Source: Sinorhizobium meliloti | GTDB lineage: Bacteria; Pseudomonadota; Alphaproteobacteria; Rhizobiales; Rhizobiaceae | DNA: 32,000 bases | Assembly: GCF_017876815.1 (NCBI RefSeq) | Contig: NZ_JAGIOS010000002.1 | Location: 930,001-962,000 of the forward strand | Reading direction: 5' to 3' | Notes under the pieces: generated by a model | Databases searched by the model: none | What the model was told of the DNA's origin: nothing | Seen by the model: the letters and a program-made list of their open reading frames with translations, nothing else | Program-made: the position numbers and the translations under genes | Shown here: positions 17,380-25,663 of the stretch, in pieces | Numbering within the stretch: the stretch's first letter is position 1 | How the letters are laid out: each line of letters begins with the position of its first letter

Positions 17380-18879
17380 TCATTTGATCTTGATCTCGGA
17401 GAGCTGCAGCATGGAATTCGTCGCCATCGTGGGCTTGAAGTCCAATCGCTCGGACACCCGCGAGAAACCGACCATGTGGAACAGCAGCACGTCTGCCACC
17501 ACCTCGTCATGGACGTAGGCGATGACCTCGGACCAGAGCTTGGCGCGTTCGTCTCCGACGGCAGCCGAGGCACGGGCGATCAGGTCGTCGACCTTCGGAT
17601 CGGAGAAGCCCGACTGCGTGCCTTCGGAGTCGTATTTGAAGAACATCGAGAAGGAGGGATCACCCTTCGAGTTGTCGTGCATCGCGGCAACCAGCTGGGG
17701 ACCGCGCCCTTCCTTGAAGGGCTTCGAGTAATAGACTTCGTGCTCGGCGACTTCTACGAATTTGAGCTCGACCTTGAGTCCGACCTCCTGCAACTGTGCC
17801 TGGATGGCCTCCATGATCTCGGTCACGTTGGGGAAGTTCGCGGTGCGCGCGATGATGGTGATCGGCGTGTCTACCTTGACGCCATCGGCCTTGGCCTCCT
17901 CGATGAGCTTCTTGGCCTGCTCGGGATCGTAGGGGAAGACCTTCACGTCGGGGTTCCAGCCGAGCGTCGGCGGCGGAACGATCGCGGTGGCGAGGACGGC
18001 ACTGTCGGGCACCAGCGTACCGAGGAAGGCTTCGCGGTCGATCGCAAGGTTCAGAGCGCGACGGATGCGGACGTCGTTCAACGGCTCGATATTGTGATCG
18101 ATGCGCAGATAGACGGTCTCGCTGTCGAGATAGGAGAAGTCGGTGGCCGGATTCGTCGCTTCGGTCTGCGAGATGGACGGCGACAGATCGGCTTCGCCCG
18201 TCTGGACCATGGCGGCGCGGACCGCAGGATCGGCGCGGAACAGATAGGTCGCCTCGGTGACCTCGGGCTTTTCGCCCCAGTAGTCGTCCCGGGCGGAAAG
18301 CACGATCTGCTGTCCGGGCGTCCAGTCGGTCAGCTTGTAGGGCCCGGTGCCGACGGGCTCGCGCACGAACTCCATCGACGTCTCTTCCGGCACGATGGTC
18401 AGCAACGACAGGAGCAGCGGCAGGATCGGCTGAACCGGATCGACCGTGAAATCTACGGTCGTGTCGTCGACGACGTCGATCTTAATGTTCATGCCGCCGA
18501 AATAGCGGCGCGACTCGCAGGCATTCTTGTCGCTCATCACGCGGTCGAAGCTGTACTTGACGTCCTTGGCGTTGAAGTCCGTGCCGTCGGAGAACTTCAC
18601 GCCCTTGCGCAGATTGAAGCGCCAGCTGCCATCCTCCTTCTGCTTCCAGCTTTCCGCCAGACGAGGCATCAGGCCCTTGCCCTCGCGAACGTCGAGCTCG
18701 GTCAGAGTCTCGCTGACGTTTTGCATGATGATGCGGCCGATATTCGAGCGCGTGGCCATGCAGGGTTCGAGCAGGTCCGCCTCCTCCGGCAGAACGATCT
18801 TGACCGGCCCGGATGCCGCGAAGGCCGGGGCGAGCGCGGAGCCCAGCATCAGGGCTCCCATAATCAGTGTTCTTTTCAT
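17380..18879 (-). CDS. ABC transporter periplasmic substrate-binding protein, family 5 (DppA/OppA-like)
   Basis: MKRTLIMGALMLGSALAPAFAASGPVKIV is a signal peptide. GGAGG lies 9 nt upstream of ATG 18879, and ATG 18885 is an alternative start. The track ORF extends to 19182 through the AT-rich promoter. Confidence 0.88.
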   Translation of the reverse strand: MKRTLIMGALMLGSALAPAFAASGPVKIVLPEEADLLEPCMATRSNIGRIIMQNVSETLTELDVREGKGLMPRLAESWKQKEDGSWRFNLRKGVKFSDGTDFNAKDVKYSFDRVMSDKNACESRRYFGGMNIKIDVVDDTTVDFTVDPVQPILPLLLSLLTIVPEETSMEFVREPVGTGPYKLTDWTPGQQIVLSARDDYWGEKPEVTEATYLFRADPAVRAAMVQTGEADLSPSISQTEATNPATDFSYLDSETVYLRIDHNIEPLNDVRIRRALNLAIDREAFLGTLVPDSAVLATAIVPPPTLGWNPDVKVFPYDPEQAKKLIEEAKADGVKVDTPITIIARTANFPNVTEIMEAIQAQLQEVGLKVELKFVEVAEHEVYYSKPFKEGRGPQLVAAMHDNSKGDPSFSMFFKYDSEGTQSGFSDPKVDDLIARASAAVGDERAKLWSEVIAYVHDEVVADVLLFHMVGFSRVSERLDFKPTMATNSMLQLSEIKIK

Positions 18880-19199
18880 TTGCATTCTCCTCCCTCTAGG
18901 ATCTCGTGTGTGGCGCGGCGACCTTCGTGCGCCTCGCTCCATGCAGGTATTAGCGGCAATCAGCCTCCTCGCCGCTAAGCGCTCTTCTGCCGCCGAATTG
19001 TCCAGACCATCCGATTTCTCAGCAAGTTTGTCAAATTGTTTTCGCCGATATTCTGGGATGAAAAATTTTGATCTCGAAACTAAGTAACAAAAACAATATG
19101 TTGGTAGCACATACGCCCGGACTTGAACGCGCTGCAGACAAATAGAAAACTTGACAACTTTCGAAATTCCGCGATTGTCCAATGCATGAGGAGGCTTTC

Positions 19200-20387
19200 A
19201 TGACGCCTGACGAAATCGCAAACGCAATGACCGGCAAGCTCCGGGAGGCCGGGGGAGGGCGATTGGAATCGCTCCTGCCCTCGCCCATGGTGCAGAACCA
19301 CGCAGCCTTTCTGCACAGGCTCGAGGACGGAAGTCTCGTCTGTGCCTGGTTCGGTGGGACGCTCGAGGGAAAATCCGACATTTCGATCTTCGCGTCGGTG
19401 CTCGCGCCAGGCGCCGCGCAATGGGGCGAGCCGCAGCGGCTGAGCTTCGATGCCGAGCACTCAGAGCAGAACCCGGTGCTGTTCACGGCGCCCGACGGGC
19501 GGCTCTGGCTTTTCCACACGTCGCAGCCTTCGGGCAACCAGGACGAATGCCGCATCCGTATGGCCGCAATCGAGAGGGATGCCGCTGATCCGACGAGGCT
19601 TGCCGCTTCCGAGGGGCGCTATCTCGACCTGCCGCGCGGCTGCTTTATCCGCGCGCCGCTGGTCATCAGAGATGACGGGGCCTGGCTTCTGCCGATCTTT
19701 CGCTGCATCCAGCGCCCCGGCCAGAAGTGGAACGGCAGCCACGACAATGCGGCCGTCGGCGTCTCGATCGATGGCGGCCGAAGCTGGCAGCTCGCCGATC
19801 TCGACGGCTCGATCGGTTGCGTGCACATGAGCCCGGTGCGCGTCGGCGACACCGGCTACGCCGCTTTCTTCCGCCGCCGCCAAGCGGACCAGGTCTATCG
19901 CGTCGAGAGCGTCGACGGCGGGCGGACGTGGAGCCTGCCGGCGCCGACCGACGTGCCGAACAACAATTCCTCCATCGCGGTCGTCAGGCTCAGGGAAGGC
20001 CGGCTGGCGATGATCTGCAATCCGGTGAATGCGGCCCTTTGGGCCGACCGGCGCGCATCGCTTTACGACGAGCTCGGAGACGACGACGGCCGGCCCGATG
20101 CCGATCCTTCAGGCGGCTGCGTGCCGATCTGGGGCGTGCCGCGGGCGCCGGTGAGCGTCTGCCTGTCGGCCGACGACGGCCGGACCTTCCCCGATCGTAT
20201 CGCGATCGAGGGCGGACCGGGGACCTGCCTTTCCAACAATTCGACCGATGGACACAACAAGGAGATGTCTTATCCGTGGCTCCTGGAAGGGGACGACGGC
20301 AGCCTGCACGTCGCCTACACCTACCATCGGCGGGCAATCAAATATGTCCGTCTGCCGCCCGGGTGGGCCGACGAGGGGAGAAACTGA
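19200..20387 (+). CDS. BNR/Asp-box repeat protein (sialidase-like beta-propeller, BNR_2 type) with no signal peptide
   Basis: Asp-boxes [16 protein letters not shown] and SADDGRTF. N-terminus: [27 protein letters not shown] lies upstream of ATG 19200. The stop overlaps the PdxA start (TGATG). Confidence 0.8.
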
Positions 20388-21352
20388 TGAGCAAGATTAT
20401 CGGCATCACCATGGGCGATCCCTGTGGCGTCGGACCGGAGATCACGGTCCGATCGCTTGCTGAGATGTCGGCTGCTGACCGGGAGGCGACCCGTATCTAC
20501 GGCAACCTCGCGACGCTCGAGGCTGCAAGGGAGGCGCTTGGTCTCTCGGTCGATCTTCAGCCCTATGTCGTCGACCTTACGGTCGAGGGCGCGCCGCTCC
20601 CCTGGGGTAGCCTTTCGGCAGTGGCAGGCGACGCAGCCTTCCGGTTCATCGAGCGCGCGGTACGCGATGCCGAGGCCGGCAACATCGGCTGCATCGTCAC
20701 GGCGCCGATCAACAAGGAAGCACTCAATATGGCAGGCCACCATTACGACGGCCATACCGGCATGCTGCGCAGCCTGACCGGATCGAGCGCCGCCTATATG
20801 CTGCTTGCCTCCGAGCGCCTCAAGGTCATTCACGTCTCGACCCATGTGTCGCTCAAGGAGGCGATCGGCCGCGCCACCACCGAGCGGGTCCTTGCCACGA
20901 TCCGCGCCGGCAACGCGCACCTGAAGCGCATCGGCTACGAGCACCCGCGCATCGCGGTCGCCGGCATCAACCCGCATTGCGGCGAGAACGGCCTGTTCGG
21001 CACGGAAGACGATGATCAGATCGGGCCTGCGGTGGCGGCCGCGCGTGAAGAAGGCATCGACGTGCAGGGGCCGATCTCTGCCGATACCGTGTTCCATCGC
21101 GCCTATTCGGGAGGCTTCGATCTGGTCGTCGCGCAATATCACGACCAGGGTCATATCCCGATCAAGCTGGTCGCCTTCGATACGGCGGTCAACGTATCCG
21201 TAGATCTTCCGATCGACCGCACCTCCGTCGATCACGGGACTGCCTTCGATATTGCCGGAAAGGGTATCGCCAATCACGGCAACCTGAATTCCGCGATCGC
21301 CTATGCGCGCAAGCTCGTGGCCGGTCAGGCAAGCAGAAAGGCAGCGTCATGA
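20387..21352 (+). CDS. PdxA-family NAD-dependent 4-phospho-hydroxyacid dehydrogenase (PdxA2-like)
   Basis: [19 protein letters not shown]... and the HYDGHTGML and [12 protein letters not shown] motifs are typical of PdxA. This is an internal start within track ORF 19727..21352. Confidence 0.88.
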
Positions 21353-22455
21353 TTACGATCCATCAGCCGCGCCGGCTCGTCGTCGGCGCCGGAAGCCGCG
21401 GCGAAGTCGGCGCGTGGGCCGGTCAGGCCGGCTCCACCCTGGTCATTGCGACGCCGGTCACGTCCGGCTTTGCCGACAGCCTGAAGCTCTCGGGCAAGGT
21501 CACCTTATTCGACGCCATCCCCGGCGAACCGGATATCACGACGCTCGAGGCGGCGCTTGAAGCCGCGCGGAACGCTCGCCCGGATCTGATCGTCGGTCTT
21601 GGCGGCGGCTCGGTGATGGATGTAGCCAAGCTGGTCGCGGTACTCTGGGACTCCGGGCAATCGCTCGCCGATGTCGCCGGACCCAATCGCGTGGCCGGCC
21701 GCAACACGCGCCTTGCGCAGGTCGCGACGACCGCCGGCACGGGTTCTGAGGCCGGGATCCGTTCGCTGATCACCGACCCGAGCAAGGGCAGCAAGATCGC
21801 GGTCGAAAGCCCGCACATGATCGCCGACCTCGCCGTGCTCGATCCGGAACTCACCTACAGCGTGCCGCCTGCGGTCACCGCGGCGACCGGCGTGGATGCC
21901 ATGGCCCATTGCGTCGAGGCCTTCACCAACCGCAAAGCCCATACGATGATCGACGGCTTCGCCCGCATGGGGTTCAACCTCGTCGGCAAATATCTCGCCC
22001 GTGCCGTGCGCGACGGCGAAGATACCGAGGCGCGCGAGGGCATGATGCTGGCTTCCTATTACGGCGGCATATGCCTCGGCCCCGTCAACACGGCGGCCGG
22101 GCACGCCATCTCCTATCCGCTCGGCACGCTCTTGCATCTGCCGCACGGTCTCGCCAATGCGATCATCTTTCCGCATGTGCTCGCCTTCAACCAGCCGTCC
22201 GCTGCGGCAAAGACGGCGGAAGTCGCGGATGCCCTCGGGCTCGGGCAGGGTCTCTCGCAACGTGATCTGCTGTCGGCCGCGAAAGATTTCTGTGCCGGCC
22301 TCGGCATAGAGATGTCTCTGGCCGCCAATGGCGCGACGGCGGCCGACCTGCCGCGCTTTGCCGCGGATGCGCATGCGATCCGGCGGCTGATGGACAACAA
22401 TCCGGTCGACATGAGCGAGGCCGATGTGCTGGAGATCTACCGGGCAGCGTTCTAA
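21349..22455 (+). CDS. Iron-containing (group III) alcohol dehydrogenase
   Basis: [10 protein letters not shown] nucleotide loop, with His ligand contexts [10 protein letters not shown] and [10 protein letters not shown]. The start overlaps the PdxA stop (ATGA). Confidence 0.88.
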
Positions 22456-22494
22456 GGCCTGTTGAGATACGGGATACCCGCCGCGGCTTGTTGA

Positions 22495-22530
22495 TCTCCT
22501 CATCCCTGTGTTCGTCACAGGGATCCAGCC
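22495..22530. repeat. Palindromic intergenic repeat (ATCCCTGTG-N5-CACAGGGAT), probably a dispersed Rhizobiales repeat and/or a bidirectional terminator hairpin
   Basis: 9-bp arms at 22502-22510 and 22516-22524, between the convergent Fe-ADH and GntR genes. From memory, the surrounding string CTCATCCCTGTG..CACAGGGATCCAGC resembles a repeat common in Rhizobium/Agrobacterium intergenic DNA. Confidence 0.5.
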
Positions 22531-22557
22531 AGACCAAGTCGGGGCGGGGTCCTGCCT

Positions 22558-23259
22558 CTACTGCGAGGCCAGGAACAGGCGGTCGCGCGATCCGGTAAGG
22601 TGCTTCAGCATCAGCATCCGGGCCTCTTCGGCACTGCCGGCGGCGATGGCATCGGCAATCGCCTCGTGCTCGGCGAAAACCCTGGAGAGGCCGCTTGCCT
22701 CGCGCTTCACCGAGATGCCATGGAACTTCATGCCCACGGCGATGTGCTCCTTCAACGCCTCCATGGCAGTCGAGAAGTAGCTGTTCTGGGCCGCACGGGC
22801 GATCGCAAGATGGAACTGGAAGTCGGCATCCTCCCGGTGGGACTGCCGGTTGGTGGCGTCGCGCAGCAGTTCGAGTGCCCGGCGGATCGATGCGAGGCTC
22901 GTCTCGTCGTGCCGGAGGGCTGCCGCGGCTGCGGCTGCGGGTTCCAGCGTCAGGCGGAATTCATAGCAGTTCAGGAGATCGGCGACGTTTTCCAGTTGAC
23001 CGAAGCCGAGCGGCTCGCGAAGGCCCACGGCTCTCACGAAACTGCCCGCGCCACGCCGGGAATAGATGAGCCCCTGGTCCCGGAGGCGCTTCAGCGCCTC
23101 CCGGACGATCGGCCGGGATACCTCGAACTCCGTCGCCAGCTCATGCTCCGTCGGCAGACGCTCGTCCGGCTTGTAGGCGCCGGACTTGATCGCGCGGTGC
23201 ATCCTTTCGAACACGATGTCGGGCAGGCCCTTGCGGGGGGTCCCTTCCTGCAGTCCCAT
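22558..23259 (-). CDS. GntR-family transcriptional regulator, FadR subfamily
   Basis: ERLPTEHELATEFEVSRPIVREALKRLRDQGLIYSRRGAGSFV is the wHTH, followed by a helical FCD-type C-terminal domain. It lies 3 nt downstream of the kinase gene on the same strand. Confidence 0.9.
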   Translation of the reverse strand: MGLQEGTPRKGLPDIVFERMHRAIKSGAYKPDERLPTEHELATEFEVSRPIVREALKRLRDQGLIYSRRGAGSFVRAVGLREPLGFGQLENVADLLNCYEFRLTLEPAAAAAAALRHDETSLASIRRALELLRDATNRQSHREDADFQFHLAIARAAQNSYFSTAMEALKEHIAVGMKFHGISVKREASGLSRVFAEHEAIADAIAAGSAEEARMLMLKHLTGSRDRLFLASQ

Positions 23260-23262
23260 CGT

Positions 23263-24294
23263 CTATCTCGCCTCCCCCATTATCTGCCTTGCGATGTCGC
23301 TCAACGTGTCCGGCCCGCCGAAGCCGCCGGACTTGGTGATGATATAGCGGCCATCGGCAAAGGCCAGCGCGATCCCGGGCACGCATTCGCCGAAAAGGCG
23401 GAATCGGGAAACGCCCATCCTCTCCAGCACTGCCTCGGCTGTCGCACCACCTGTAAGAAGCAGGGTCGCGGCCCCGCCGGTGAACGCCGGAACGACGCTG
23501 TCGGCCAGGTTGGCGGAGACTTCGGCCGGGCCGAGCGGCGTTTCGCCCTCGATCGCCTGAATGATGGTCACCGTCCCGGTTGCGGGGGCGCTGGGCTGCT
23601 GCACCCTGCCTCCGGCCGCCGGGACATATTCGGTGGAATGGTTTTCCCGCAGCACGTCGACCTGCTCGACCGTGATCGGGTCGCGCGATCCGACGACGAT
23701 CAGTATAGGTTGCCGGGGCAGCGGTATCGGCGGCAGCGTTTCCCTATCGGTCATCCGATGGGCAAGTGCATCGGCAAGCCCTCTAGCGCCGATCATGAGG
23801 TCGCAGCCGGCCGTCTCGGCGCTTGCCAAGGCGGCGAGCATGTCTTTGCGAGACATGGTGTCGGGGATCAATGTCCGTTCCGCATGTCTGCCGAGCCTTT
23901 CGGCGACCGGGATCGGCGCGTCCACGCCAAACCCCCGGACATGACCAGCGACCACGATGCGGCCGAAATCGGGGATAGCCGGCGCGACGAGCGCGCGGGC
24001 AAAAGGGGTGGCGTCGAGTTCAGCTTCGATATTGCCCTTCAGCCGCGAGTCGACCTTCTTGAAAATCCGCGCATTTTCCGGGACGTGCTTCAGAACGTCG
24101 GATGTCGCCTTGCGCGCCTCATCCGCGGAAACCTCGCGGGATTTCACGTTGACGACGAGAATGTCCGGTCCGTCCGCCAGTGCAGCATCCATGGAGTCCA
24201 GCGCGAGAGCGACTTCCGTGCGAAGGCCGTGGCCCGCAAACGGGGCGGCTGAATCAAGAGCACCCGTCAGATCATCGGCGAGAATCACAAGCAT
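23263..24294 (-). CDS. DUF1537-family four-carbon acid-sugar kinase (OtnK/DtnK/DenK family)
   Basis: MLVILADDLTGALDSAAPFA N-terminal motif and the C-terminal LLLTGGATAEAV and ITKSGGFG motifs. ATG 24294 is preferred, with TTG 24309 as an alternative. Confidence 0.85.
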   Translation of the reverse strand: MLVILADDLTGALDSAAPFAGHGLRTEVALALDSMDAALADGPDILVVNVKSREVSADEARKATSDVLKHVPENARIFKKVDSRLKGNIEAELDATPFARALVAPAIPDFGRIVVAGHVRGFGVDAPIPVAERLGRHAERTLIPDTMSRKDMLAALASAETAGCDLMIGARGLADALAHRMTDRETLPPIPLPRQPILIVVGSRDPITVEQVDVLRENHSTEYVPAAGGRVQQPSAPATGTVTIIQAIEGETPLGPAEVSANLADSVVPAFTGGAATLLLTGGATAEAVLERMGVSRFRLFGECVPGIALAFADGRYIITKSGGFGGPDTLSDIARQIMGEAR

Positions 24295-24360
24295 GGGGAG
24301 ACGCTGCAAATCCGATTGTTGTTATCTTACGTGCTGAATTTTCTACATGTATTGCAAGGA

Positions 24361-24382
24361 TTTGCAAATTTAAATTTACAAA
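24361..24382. promoter_or_regulatory. 22-bp near-perfect palindrome TTTGCAAATTT/AAATTTACAAA; candidate operator upstream of the kinase-GntR operon
   Basis: 10 of 11 positions are symmetric. It lies 67-88 nt upstream of kinase ATG 24294 in an AT-rich patch. A partial direct copy, ATTGCAAGG, lies just upstream at 24351-24359. Confidence 0.5.
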
Positions 24383-24499
24383 TGTGCAGGGAAAAGGCTT
24401 CGTGCACATCCGGACGGAATGCCGTCACGCGGCTGGCGCATTCACGCGTTGACGGCTATATTAGCCCGTGCGTAAACTTCATCCGAAACGGGAGAAGTC

Positions 24500-24709
24500 A
24501 TGGAGCCGGTGACGCTCGTACTGACCGTATGCCTTGCGACGGCACCAGAAAAGTGCCGGGAGGAACCGCTGCAGTTTCAGGACCTGAGGTCGTTGAATCA
24601 ATGCATGTTCCAGTCTGCGGTGTACATCGCCGAATGGTCCGAGCAGCATCCGGCGCTTCGCGTCAAGAAGTGGCGATGCAGGGTTGCGGATGCGAGCCGC
24701 CCCGTCTGA
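24500..24709 (+). CDS. Hypothetical small Cys-containing protein (69 aa)
   Basis: GGGAGAAG SD 5 nt upstream of the ATG. Third-position GC looks like that of the neighbouring genes. MEPVTLVLTVCLATAPEKCREE has a hydrophobic N-terminus, and there are 4 Cys in total. A bulged 8-bp hairpin (24710-24730) follows the stop. I recognise no family. Confidence 0.45.
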   Translation: MEPVTLVLTVCLATAPEKCREEPLQFQDLRSLNQCMFQSAVYIAEWSEQHPALRVKKWRCRVADASRPV

Positions 24710-24929
24710 GTTCCTGGGCACGCCCGGAACGAGGCGCTTGAATCTCGTAGGCGTATCGCCGACAGTGTAGTGTCGCAAAATCTCGGAATTGCCCGGGGTG
24801 GAAAACTGTGCGACAACGATTCGCGTCGTGCTGGGGAGAGTACGACGGCCTGGGAGAGAGATATTCTCGGTGAACTCGGAGTGGCTTTGAGTCGCTCTGT
24901 TGGCTTGGAAGTATCTCGGGAGGAGAGCC

Positions 24930-25619
24930 ATGCCGCGGACAGCCTTGCCCGTTCATTCGCTTTCGATAAAGTCGGCCCTGGTGATCGATGATCATCCGCT
25001 CTATTGCGATGCTCTGGCCGCGACGATGGAAAGCACCTTCAATACGCGCCGGATCAGAACGGCGACGTCGTTGAGCGAAGCGTTGCAGCAGCTCAGGATG
25101 CGCTTCTCGCCCGATCTGATCATGCTGGATCTGAACCTGCCCGATGCGTCCGGGTTAAGCGGTTTTCTGAAAATCAAGGAAAAGATGCCCGATATTCCGG
25201 TCATCGTGATCTCCGCCTTCACGTCGAAGGACGTGGTTCAGTCGGTCATCGCCGCCGGTGCCGCGGGGTTCATCCCCAAGGATATCGACCGTCATAATTT
25301 CCAGGAAGCGATGCAGGATATCTGGAACGGCAAGACCTATGTGCCGCCGGGCTACGCGGTACCGGCGCGCGCGACGGCCACGGACCAGTCGGTGGAGACG
25401 ATCTCGCGCAAGATCGCCCATCTGTCGCAGCAGCAGACCCGCATTCTGAGCCTGATCTGCGAAGGCATGCCGAACAAGCTGATCGCCTACGAGATGCAGC
25501 TGGCCGAGGCGACCGTCAAGGCGCATATCACAGCGCTTCTGCGCCGGCTGGGCGTCCACAATCGCACCCAGGCGGCGATGCTGGTACGCGAAGTATCGAT
25601 CCGCCACAGCCTGCAGTGA
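24930..25619 (+). CDS. LuxR/FixJ-family response regulator (REC plus LuxR HTH), ErbR/AgmR-like by context
   Basis: REC domain: ALVIDDHPLY...DLIMLDLNLPDASG...VIVISA. HTH: LSQQQTRILSLICEGMPNKLIAYEMQLAEATVKAHITALLRRLGVHNRTQA. GGGAGGAG lies upstream of ATG 24930. Confidence 0.9.
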   Translation: MPRTALPVHSLSIKSALVIDDHPLYCDALAATMESTFNTRRIRTATSLSEALQQLRMRFSPDLIMLDLNLPDASGLSGFLKIKEKMPDIPVIVISAFTSKDVVQSVIAAGAAGFIPKDIDRHNFQEAMQDIWNGKTYVPPGYAVPARATATDQSVETISRKIAHLSQQQTRILSLICEGMPNKLIAYEMQLAEATVKAHITALLRRLGVHNRTQAAMLVREVSIRHSLQ

Positions 25620-25663
25620 GGTGTGCCCGGCCTGCCGGGATGGGAGTTGGAGGGTGACGGTGC

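Noticed and set aside
24710-24730. GGGCACG...GGAAC after the small ORF, considered as a sigma-54 (-24 TGGCAC / -12 TTGC) promoter for the response-regulator gene
   Set aside because: The -12 TTGC element is absent and the spacing does not fit. The sequence is better explained as the two arms of a hairpin.
24479-24931. 150-aa minus-strand ORF, plus 24598..24816(-) and 24663..24995(-), in the spacer upstream of the response regulator
   Set aside because: They have no SD, no motifs and poor coding-like composition, and they overlap the better-supported plus-strand 69-aa ORF. They are probably spurious.
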